32,000 nt of DNA from NCBI RefSeq assembly GCF_018336915.1, contig NZ_CP064923.1, forward strand, positions 90,001 to 122,000, given 5' to 3'. Below are positions 10,260-18,442 of the stretch, one piece after another; the stretch's first letter is position 1; the number at the start of each line of letters is the position of its first letter. This DNA comes from Acaryochloris marina S15. GTDB lineage: Bacteria > Cyanobacteriota > Cyanobacteriia > Thermosynechococcales > Thermosynechococcaceae. A model generated the notes under the pieces. That model was not told the DNA's origin. It did not search any database and saw only the letters and a list, made by a program, of their open reading frames with translations. The translations under genes were made by a program, and so were the position numbers.

Positions 10260-11072
10260 TTAGTCTCCAGGCAGTAGGACAGAATTGTTCATTCCCTTAC
10301 ATAACAGCGTCGTTATGAGCTGTTCCGTGTCGGAGGGTAGGAATGCAGAGGACATTGATGCGACCTGTTGCCAAAATTCTAAAATGATTTGGCTCGTCCG
10401 ACTGGGATGATCATAATGGAAAAAATGCCGTCCTTGGGGGCAGCTCCATAAACGATCGCCAGTTTTAAGCCAGGGTTGCCATTGTGCATGAGCGTGCGGG
10501 TCAACCACAGCATCATGTTCGCCATGACACACGAGTAATGAAGGCTCTACTCCTCCAGGTGCTAACTCATTGCGATGGGCCAAGGAGTGCGGAGCCAATT
10601 CAGTATCTAGGATGGTGGCTAAGAGTGATGCCAATGCCATCGTTCGGTCAGTACTCATAGCGCCGAATAGCATGGTCACCATTTGGAATAAAATTGCCTC
10701 TCGACTACAGGGTAAAAGCTCCCTCATCTTGTAGTAGTGGGCATGCCAACCTACAGATGGATTCGCCCCAACGGATAGTAAAGTTAACGATTTGACAGCT
10801 TGGGGATTGTAGCGAGCATACAGCAACCCCAATGTACCGCTGAGCCCGTGCCCTAACAGATGAATGGGCTGTGATTGATGTTGGATATCCTGGTGGAGTA
10901 ATGCTAAGGCAGTTTGTATAGAGCAAGGTTCATCCGCCGTTTGATGGTAGCTCCAAAATTTCACATGGGCATATTGCTTGAGCTGTTGGCATAAACTCCA
11001 GTCAAATTTTTTGAGGCGGGGGTTAACACATAACCAGAGTGCATCAAAAGTACTCACAAGCTCGGGGTCCAT
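10260..11072 (-). CDS. Alpha/beta-fold hydrolase family protein
   Basis: 270 aa. It has a nucleophile-elbow-like HLLGHGLSGTLGLLYA, a later acid/His region (CHGEHDAVVDP; GRHFFHYDHP), and is apparently co-transcribed with 9298..10254. Confidence 0.7.
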   Translation of the reverse strand: MDPELVSTFDALWLCVNPRLKKFDWSLCQQLKQYAHVKFWSYHQTADEPCSIQTALALLHQDIQHQSQPIHLLGHGLSGTLGLLYARYNPQAVKSLTLLSVGANPSVGWHAHYYKMRELLPCSREAILFQMVTMLFGAMSTDRTMALASLLATILDTELAPHSLAHRNELAPGGVEPSLLVCHGEHDAVVDPHAHAQWQPWLKTGDRLWSCPQGRHFFHYDHPSRTSQIILEFWQQVASMSSAFLPSDTEQLITTLLCKGMNNSVLLPGD

Positions 11073-11204
11073 AGACTTAAATCAACAAAAGCATTCTGAT
11101 GTCAGTAATAATGCCTGTCACACCTGCACCTATCTGAGATCTAGAGTATTGTCAGCGTTTATAAAAAAGGTAGTCTAGAGTTTAGCTTTTACGCTGATGA
11201 ACAA

Positions 11205-11230
11205 AGATTATTGATTAATATTCTCAACTA
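11205..11230. promoter_or_regulatory. Iron-box-like motif upstream of the hydrolase/TrxR-like operon
   Basis: The sequence is agattattgattaatattctcaacta. It contains ATTCTCAA and TTGATTAAT, the same elements seen at 29271-29297. Confidence 0.35.
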
Positions 11231-11743
11231 CAGTACAACATTTCGGCTGTGAAGGATATTTTGCACCAAAGTTTGGATGGACGGATGAATGCAGGATCTA
11301 GATCGTCTAAGCAATGAAAGTCACCATAGGCAATATTCCAGCATTCAGTCATGCCCAGCTGGCTTTGAGTGATATTCCATAAGTAAGCTGACCTTGCCCT
11401 TGTAGAGTAGGCTCCATGAGAACCACACCTACTACCTCCAACATAGGTGGTTAATTATCTTTGCCAGCAGCTAAAATGTCCCTCAACCAAAATGGGGTCT
11501 AGCAGCTTTGCGGATGAAAAATGACCGCCTTCCAGATTCACATAAGTTTGAAGTGACTAACGTCTGCTGATCTCCAGTCTTTCTAAGGTATTCATGTTAG
11601 CTGGGTGGTTTCCTTCAGGCCGAAGACAGAATTATGGAGAGCACTCACAGGCAGGAGAAGCAGAATTGAGTAGTTTGCTTGGAAGATTGCTCGACCTGGT
11701 TTTAGGGGTCAAGTTTTAGTCCGGCTGTAAAAAAATGAAAGCA

Positions 11744-12003
11744 GTTGTGAATGATTCATTGATCCGTAGACTGATTGAATGTTTTCAGGGCTTGATATAC
11801 CGTCTGATACCAATCTGTGCCTGAAGGTGTAACTCTCAAACTTGTGAAACCCAATACTGAGTTGGCTTAGAAAATAATCAAAATTACACTCTTAGGTGCT
11901 AATTGTTATGAGGACTCACACTGGCGAACAATCCTACAGCCAACATCAATCCATCTCAGTGGCACAGGGGACTAGAGCAACTGATGCCCAGCAGGAATAA
12001 CCG
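11744..12003 (-). pseudogene. Decayed FecCD permease 5' fragment (ghost paralog of 7371..8396)
   Basis: The minus strand reads ..VIPAGHQLL*SPVPL.. and ..VYQALKTFNQSTDQ*II.. These compare with [16 protein letters not shown] and [17 protein letters not shown] in the intact copy. The start codon is lost, and the fragment has stops and a ~65 nt indel. Only faint traces continue leftward. Confidence 0.65.
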
Positions 12004-12007
12004 ATAT

Positions 12008-12042
12008 TGAAATTATTGATAACGATTATTAGTAATAATGCA
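12008..12042. promoter_or_regulatory. Fur-box-like site in duplicated promoter copy B
   Basis: The sequence is tgaaattattgataacgattattagtaataatgca. Its core TGATAAC-G-ATTATTA matches the 7-1-7 TGATAAT-n-ATTATCA at 12 of 14 positions. Confidence 0.45.
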
Positions 12043-12582
12043 TAGATGTGCTTATGATTTCTATCTACGAATTAAGAGAAAAGCTTGTTGCAAAAGAATT
12101 TTAGGCTTGCCTATGGCTTCATATCTGTATATTACAAAATCAATAACTTATGTCTAATTTCAACGTAATATAAGAAAAATTGTAATTAATTTAGCAAGAG
12201 AATGAGTTTTAATACCTCCTGCACGCCCTGGCCATACTTATACAGGTGGCGATGCTAAGACCAACATTAGGAGGATTCAAATTTGACTGCTCTAGCTCTC
12301 GACAGTCACAGATTGTCTTTGAATTGTTTCAACAATGTTTTAGCGATGAATCGACTACTTTGAAAGATATAGCTCAGTTTTATTAGAGTAGACTGGCTTA
12401 TGATAGAGATTAGTGGCTATATATAAGCACTTTTGGGGCAAAATCTTGCTTCAAGAGACTATATCTACAAAATATGCTGAATATTGCCGATACTCTTCCC
12501 TCATTGTTGAAGACTCAATGTAGGAGAATACCAAATTAGTAATCCACTCGCTAACGATTCGAAATAATGTAAAACAACAACG

Positions 12583-13278
12583 ATGTCAAATATCTATCGT
12601 GGAATTGTTATTCCTGGGGAGACGGGCCTTGCTGGATGTTCTAGCCAATGGTGCTTTGAATCTTTGCAAACTTATTTCCGATGGGGACAACGAGAATTTG
12701 GACTTCGGGTTTACTATCCCCATTGGCTTCAGGGGCGACAATACCAAATTGATGTTGTGGACTGGGTGAATCAGTTCTATCCCGTCTATACCTACCAGTA
12801 TTGTTGCCAAGATGGCAGTGCCCTCACTGACCCTTCTTCATGGACGGGTGATTATCCTGATGTCGATGAAGATGAAAAACTTAAACTCGTCCAGCTCAGG
12901 ACCTTTACTAAAACCAAACACGGCTTTTACCTGGGAACTGTGAAGGATGCCTATGAACTGCTACAACAAGGCATTACCCACTGTGAACCCTATGACTACG
13001 ACACTAAGCTATTCCCCCAATCCCGACAGATGAGCAAAGTCTGTTCTATTGGTTCTGATGGAGAACGATGGGCCGCGTTCACTGATCATGGCTTTCAATG
13101 GGTTGATATTGGGCACGTCGTCCAAGCCGGCGATCCTGGTACTGACGTTCAAGAATTTCCTACCGTTCTTCAGAAATATACGGAGAAAAACTCTCCCTCT
13201 CTCCCCGTTGGCTTTAAGGTGAAAAATGTTTTAGATTCCAAGCGGGTCGCTATCATCATTGCTCGAAGTATGAGTTAA
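12583..13278 (+). CDS. Hypothetical protein (231 aa, aromatic- and Cys-rich, no signal peptide)
   Basis: A clean ATG ORF with no competing frame. I recognise no family. It lies about 340 bp downstream of duplicated promoter copy B, on the side opposite the permease ghost. Confidence 0.6.
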   Translation: MSNIYRGIVIPGETGLAGCSSQWCFESLQTYFRWGQREFGLRVYYPHWLQGRQYQIDVVDWVNQFYPVYTYQYCCQDGSALTDPSSWTGDYPDVDEDEKLKLVQLRTFTKTKHGFYLGTVKDAYELLQQGITHCEPYDYDTKLFPQSRQMSKVCSIGSDGERWAAFTDHGFQWVDIGHVVQAGDPGTDVQEFPTVLQKYTEKNSPSLPVGFKVKNVLDSKRVAIIIARSMS

Positions 13279-13310
13279 TCAACCTGAAAAATAGCATCAA
13301 TCACAGATGA

Positions 13311-14264
13311 CTATTGAGCAATGTCTATAGAAAATATTTGAGCAATGTCGTCTAAGATCTGGTTTGCCGCCAGAACATTACGGCCTGCTGTCCACACTTC
13401 GCTGTTGACTTCATAGATGCTCTTGTTCCTCACAGCCTTCAACTTTGACCATAGTGGATCAGTCACAAAGCTTTGATAGTCAAAGCTGCCTGATATCTGA
13501 GGATTATGGATTAAAAAGAGTAGATCGCCATTCATACTAGCCAAATCTTCCCGAGCAATTTGTACGACATACCCATTCGCGTTCTTTTGTTTTGAGGGCC
13601 GACCAAACCCTATATCTTTCATTACAGATCCTGAAAAGCTGTTTGCAGTATATAGGCCAATCCGACCTTGACCTGTGGCAACGATTGAAACAAGGGTTTG
13701 GTCAATGTCCTCTACCTGCTGTCGGAGGGCTTTGACCCGCTGTTGATAACCTGCCAGGACCTGCTGCCCTTCCGCCTCTTTATTGAGGGCTTGAGCAAAC
13801 AAACGGAAATTGTCTTGTCATTCTCCGTCTCGGCCGCTCCCTTGGGTTAAAACCGTTGGGGCGATCCGATCTAAGTGTTGGTATATTTTTCCAGAGCTGA
13901 TCTTACTTCCTAATATCAAATCAGGTTTCAGGCTGAGAATCGTTTCTAAGTTTGGTTGAGTGCCTTCTCCCACGGATGTAATGCCTTGGGTTTGGTCTCC
14001 CAAATAGGTGGGGAATTGATTGTAAATCACTGAACCAATCGGTTTTATCCCGAGCGCTAAAGCGGCATCTAAGGCCGCCGTATCCACTGTAATCACGCGC
14101 TGAGCTTGTTGGGGAACTTGGCTGATTCCCATGGCATGTTCTACAGATAGAGAGGTGCTTGTAGCCAGGGGAGAACGCTGTTGGGGAAGATTGGGTAACG
14201 GATCGGAGGCACAACTCATTAACAGACTGAGGAGCAAGCAGGCAGTAACACTGATCCATAGCAT
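13311..14264 (-). pseudogene. Periplasmic ferric-siderophore binding protein interrupted by one in-frame TGA
   Basis: Track ORFs 13818..14363 and 13311..13802 are in the same frame, separated only by TGA (13818-13820) and 5 sense codons. The likely start is the ATG at 14264 (MLWISVTACLLLSLLMSCAS, lipobox). The stop aligns with the Trp in paralog 1432..2379 (GLPTWREHFNFVANVL vs GRDGE*QDNFRLFAQAL). Confidence 0.8.
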
Positions 14265-14400
14265 CCGTCGGGGTTTGGGTAAGCGTAACCGACGAATTTC
14301 TATGGCAAGACTTGCCGCTAGCACTAGCCATATCAGCAACATGATCATGAACTCCCAATACACTGAAGATCTAAAAAACGGGGTGCGGGCTCACCTTTAC

Positions 14401-17109
14401 CTAAAACTCAAAACTATAGCGAATGCTATAAGTCCGACCTTGGCCGGGAAAGCGTCTTAATTCCTGAATACCCAGACGTTCTTGGGAACTCACAGGCACA
14501 TATTGGGTATCAAATAAGTTTTGGATGGCGAGCTGTAGCTTTCCAGGTCCTAAGTTCACAGTACTGAAGACATCGAAAACCGTGTAACCCTCTACTTGAA
14601 ACTGATCGATCGTGTCATTAAAGGCTCGATCTCGTCCCCCCACAAATAAAGCTTGAATCCGATTGCGCCAGCCGGGTAGGGTCTCATTCTCAACATAGAC
14701 CGTTGCGTGAATGGGCTGGACGTCCAGGGAGCTAAGGGCTGTAAAGATACCATCATCGTCTGGATCTGATTCGCCCTCATTCCAGGTAAAAACGGTCCCT
14801 AGGGTCCATGTGTCGCTGGGCTGCCAATCTGCGGTGAATTCAATGCCATAGTTCCGTTGAGGTGCCCGCACAATAGAAGTCAGCCCTACATTGTCAACCA
14901 CTAGCGAAGAACCTAGAGAAGAGGTACTCAAAAAGCCAGCCAGACTAAGCTTAACCGTATCAAAGTTGGCTTTAACACCCAGCTCATAGCTGTTAACTTT
15001 TTGAGGTTCTAGATTGAGGCTGTTAGCCACACTATTGCCAAATCGGGCGAGCCCTAGCGTTACCCCAACACCAGGAATCGAAAATCCTTGGGCAAAGTTT
15101 GCATAGATGTTCACTTCCTCCGTTGCTTTAAATACCGCCCCCGCATTGAAGACCACATCATCGGTATTGATCACTCCTCCTTGGATTTGGGCAGGTGGAG
15201 CAACTCCAAAATTTGCAAAGGGGCTGGCAGCATAGTCATCGACGGACAAGCGAATATTTTCGTATCGAATTCCGCCAGTGAGGGATAGCTGATCCACAAC
15301 ATCCCAGGTTAGTTGGCTAAACGCACCGATACTGCGTACGGTATAAAACGGGGATTGGGTTGCCGTACCGATCACTCGGGCCTGGCGATTGAGGTCAAAA
15401 TCTACTGGATCTAGAGAATTGAAAAACTGCTCATTCTCTTCATAGGACAGATCAGCACCCCAGAGGATTTTGAAGCGATCTGTAATGGGTGTATCGAGCT
15501 GAAACCGTCCCCCTACTTCTAGGGAATCTAAATTGGTTTGCGTAATGGCAGGCAAGAACGGGGGTGTACCAACGGGAAAGAGATTGCGAATATCACCTGG
15601 GATTTGGGTCAAATCAGTTTTGCGAAGGTAAGCCTGGGTCCGTAATTCAGCTCCAAATAAATTTTGATGGCGGTAGGTTAAATTGAGATTTTGAATGGTT
15701 TGGGACGGGCTATCATCAAACGTGATCGGCCCTACTCTCAATGCCTCAGCATCTTGCTCTCCTGGGGTTGCCAGAACAATTGGATTGGAAATAAAATCGC
15801 TGGCAAAATCGTTCTGAAAGAAGTTGTAGGAGACTTGCAGGCGTTGATCATCTGTAATATCAATACCTGCTTTTGTAAACACGTTAATGGTGTTGTTGTT
15901 CGAGGTTAAACCGTCAGGTGGAATACGATCGCCTTCACCATCAAAGATAGCGCCATCTAAATCAAATGCCGCCCCGACTAGAAAATCGAATTTTCCTTGC
16001 TTACCTGATAGGCTAGTATCCACTTTGAAGCCAAACCCATTCTCCGATAAGTGTTCAAAATCAGGGCGAAGTGTGAGTCCTAATTGTCCCTGAATGCCTT
16101 CCTCTACTGGGGCGCGAGTCAGAATATTGATGACCCCACCCGTTGCACCATCGCCAAAAACAGCGCTGGGTCCTCTAACCACTTCAATCCGCTCAATGAC
16201 GGATGGATCAATCGCGGATAACTCTGTGTCAAAGGACGCATTCCCTGTTTGGGGGATGCTATCAATCAGGATTTGAGCAGGGCGACCTCTTAAATCCTGT
16301 ACCCGAGTCCGACCATCCGCTGTTGGCGGTCCAAAGCCAGGTACAAACTTGCCCAGGGTTGAAGTCAGGTCATTGCTCAACAGGGCTTCTTGCTCTAACT
16401 GTTCACGGCTAATGATGGTGACGGCACGGGGAACATCTGCCAGGGCCTCCTCCGTTCGAGTAGCTGTGACGACAATTTCTAAATCATCCTCTTCGCTGGA
16501 GGGATTCTCCGCAGGTGAAGTTTCGGTAGAGTTTGAAGTCTCGGCTGTTTCCTGGGTGTTGATACTCAATATGAGAGTCTGAGAGTCTGGTTGAATTTGG
16601 TGACTTAATTCTGTCTGATCACCAATAACGGTCACCCGTACACGATTGATGTCTATGGGCATAACAGACACTGAGCGTATGCCTGCAATAGGGTTGTTTT
16701 CTTCGAAGATTTGCCCAGTGGATAAATTGAGCTGGGCCGCTTCAATATCTGCGATAAATGTTGACCCGCTCCCAGAAGGCGTCACCTGCAAGGCATCACC
16801 GTTGGCAACATTTAACACAATATTGACCCCACCTTCAGTTGGGACGAGGGTAATCTGCGTAATCACGGAAATGGGTACGGACTCAGTTTGGGCGATATGG
16901 TGATCAGACTTATTTGGGGACGGAGCTATTTGTTCAACCTTATAGCTCCTGCTTGTCCATTGACCCGAGTTTAATTGGGATGAGTCAAGGGTAGTTGATG
17001 GAGACTGAGATGCATGGGTAGTAGTAGCCAGAGTCCCTAGAGATGTCCCTATAACACCCACAAAAATATAAATGATATTCAAAGATGGTTTAATACTCAT
17101 TCCCCACAC
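14401..17109 (-). CDS. TonB-dependent siderophore receptor with N-terminal AMIN-like domain (apparently intact)
   Basis: 902 aa. The start is GTG at 17109 or ATG at 17100. It has a signal peptide, an AMIN-like segment (ITLVPTEGGVNIVLNV...VRVTVIGD), a plug (LEIVVTATRTEEALADVPRAVTIISRE; IEVVRGPSAVFGDGATGGVINILT) and a barrel ending YSIRYSFEF. Confidence 0.92.
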   Translation of the reverse strand: MWGMSIKPSLNIIYIFVGVIGTSLGTLATTTHASQSPSTTLDSSQLNSGQWTSRSYKVEQIAPSPNKSDHHIAQTESVPISVITQITLVPTEGGVNIVLNVANGDALQVTPSGSGSTFIADIEAAQLNLSTGQIFEENNPIAGIRSVSVMPIDINRVRVTVIGDQTELSHQIQPDSQTLILSINTQETAETSNSTETSPAENPSSEEDDLEIVVTATRTEEALADVPRAVTIISREQLEQEALLSNDLTSTLGKFVPGFGPPTADGRTRVQDLRGRPAQILIDSIPQTGNASFDTELSAIDPSVIERIEVVRGPSAVFGDGATGGVINILTRAPVEEGIQGQLGLTLRPDFEHLSENGFGFKVDTSLSGKQGKFDFLVGAAFDLDGAIFDGEGDRIPPDGLTSNNNTINVFTKAGIDITDDQRLQVSYNFFQNDFASDFISNPIVLATPGEQDAEALRVGPITFDDSPSQTIQNLNLTYRHQNLFGAELRTQAYLRKTDLTQIPGDIRNLFPVGTPPFLPAITQTNLDSLEVGGRFQLDTPITDRFKILWGADLSYEENEQFFNSLDPVDFDLNRQARVIGTATQSPFYTVRSIGAFSQLTWDVVDQLSLTGGIRYENIRLSVDDYAASPFANFGVAPPAQIQGGVINTDDVVFNAGAVFKATEEVNIYANFAQGFSIPGVGVTLGLARFGNSVANSLNLEPQKVNSYELGVKANFDTVKLSLAGFLSTSSLGSSLVVDNVGLTSIVRAPQRNYGIEFTADWQPSDTWTLGTVFTWNEGESDPDDDGIFTALSSLDVQPIHATVYVENETLPGWRNRIQALFVGGRDRAFNDTIDQFQVEGYTVFDVFSTVNLGPGKLQLAIQNLFDTQYVPVSSQERLGIQELRRFPGQGRTYSIRYSFEF

Positions 17110-17356
17110 GGCTGCAGACGACAGATGACAAAGGTGATCCAGGCCCCACGTTCAAGGTTGGGTTCTACTGGGCAGTTATTAAGAATACTTCTCAATATAA
17201 ATTACTAGAGTGGGATGCCACTTTTGGCAGGATGCTGTCTTGCAAACGGACTTTTTCTGTCTTATAGCAGGACTATTTTGTAGAAAGCAGAAAATAAGAG
17301 CGTTGCAGCAGGCGTTGGTATCGGCCCCCTCCAGCTGAGGTGGCCAGCAATTTTCC

Positions 17357-18358
17357 CTAAGGGCGATAGGTGTTGGGGTTCACCTTAAACTGCTTCGTAA
17401 AGGCGGCTACAAAGGCGGTTCGACTGGCATAACCCACAGCATGGGCCGTTTCCGTCACAGTCCATTGACCGGAGGTGAGCAGTTGGCGGGCTTTATCCAT
17501 GCGGTACTGGTACAAGTAGTTAAAGACAGAGGTGCCAAAGACGTAGCGAAACCCCTGCTTGAGTTTGCGATCGTTGATACCCACTTGACGGGCTAATTCG
17601 AGCAGAGATGGAGGATGCAAGTAGTTCTGAATTAAGATGTGACGGGCTTTGTGGATCTGTTCAACATCGGTGGGATGAAGAGAGCTAGGAAGTGCAGACG
17701 TGCTGAGGGCTTCCAATTGCAACCCCAGAAGCTCAAGGGCTTTGCCTGCAAGATAAACATTTCTGGCCATTCCTTGAAAGGGACAAGTCACCAGTTGTTC
17801 AAGCACTAAGTGCATTCTAGGTGTCGTTGGATTTTTGCAGTACAGGGGATAGGGGGTGTGAATGGGCTGGCTTAAATTCGATGATTGGGCAGCGAGGTGT
17901 TGGAGATTGAGTTGTGGAAAATGGTCCAACTCAAAATAGAGTTTTAAGCAATAGATCCGCTGATTTGCATGATATTTCTCAATTTCAGCAGTTTGAGGTA
18001 AATGGTATAAATAGTTGTTGCCAGCCTGTTCTGTTTGAGGAGTGGGTAAAGCTTCATTGGTTACAACTGCCTGCCCTGATAGATAAAAACTAGCGGTCAG
18101 AGGCATCTGGGGAGAATGGACCTGAATGCGATTGACATGGTTATAGTTCAGTTCAACATCAGCAATATCTAAGATTAGGCCTGGCTGTAAGAGGTGTCGT
18201 CGTATATATCCACTGCCAAACTGGACCGGAAGTGCAATACATTGTTCATCCTGAGTGATATGGGGCAGGGTATCGGAGTCACGATTGCTCTGTAGAAAAG
18301 CAATAATATCTGCGTTGGTGAGGGTTTTAGGCATACCCATGGTGGCGACATCCATCAC
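17357..18358 (-). CDS. AraC-family transcriptional regulator (paralog of 6289..7281)
   Basis: 333 aa. The C-terminal AraC HTH domain reads LLELARQVGINDRKLKQGFRYVFGTSVFNYLYQYRMDKARQLL...TAHAVGYASRTAFVAAFTKQFKVNP. Confidence 0.9.
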   Translation of the reverse strand: MMDVATMGMPKTLTNADIIAFLQSNRDSDTLPHITQDEQCIALPVQFGSGYIRRHLLQPGLILDIADVELNYNHVNRIQVHSPQMPLTASFYLSGQAVVTNEALPTPQTEQAGNNYLYHLPQTAEIEKYHANQRIYCLKLYFELDHFPQLNLQHLAAQSSNLSQPIHTPYPLYCKNPTTPRMHLVLEQLVTCPFQGMARNVYLAGKALELLGLQLEALSTSALPSSLHPTDVEQIHKARHILIQNYLHPPSLLELARQVGINDRKLKQGFRYVFGTSVFNYLYQYRMDKARQLLTSGQWTVTETAHAVGYASRTAFVAAFTKQFKVNPNTYRP

Positions 18359-18442
18359 TAGGTCTACCCTCCAGTCTAATCTAATAAGAATAATTCCTAT
18401 CTATCAAAATAAATTTAGAAGGTAGTGCTGCAAATGGAGGCG

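Larger units (their letters stand above)
11744..12243. repeat. Copy B of the segmental duplication (see 8198..8635)
   Basis: By-eye alignment to copy A suggests roughly two-thirds to three-quarters identity in the noncoding part, with perfectly conserved blocks. Confidence 0.8.

Noticed and set aside
10260-11072. The idea that the alpha/beta hydrolase has lost its nucleophile (GHGLSG instead of GHSxGG)
   Set aside because: GLSGT can itself be read as a small-x-Ser-x-small nucleophile elbow shifted by two residues. I cannot decide this without an alignment or structure.
11073-11743. ORF-free 0.67 kb stretch, checked for a hidden gene or RNA
   Set aside because: All frames are full of stops. 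I saw only faint permease-like traces (for example QLTYGISLKASWA vs [13 protein letters not shown]), consistent with further decay of the ghost gene. They are too weak to annotate.
13818-13820. The in-frame TGA as selenocysteine or programmed recoding
   Set aside because: The aligned residue in the paralog is Trp (TGG), which a single-base change explains. I saw no obvious SECIS-like hairpin immediately downstream, and a periplasmic binding protein has no redox role.
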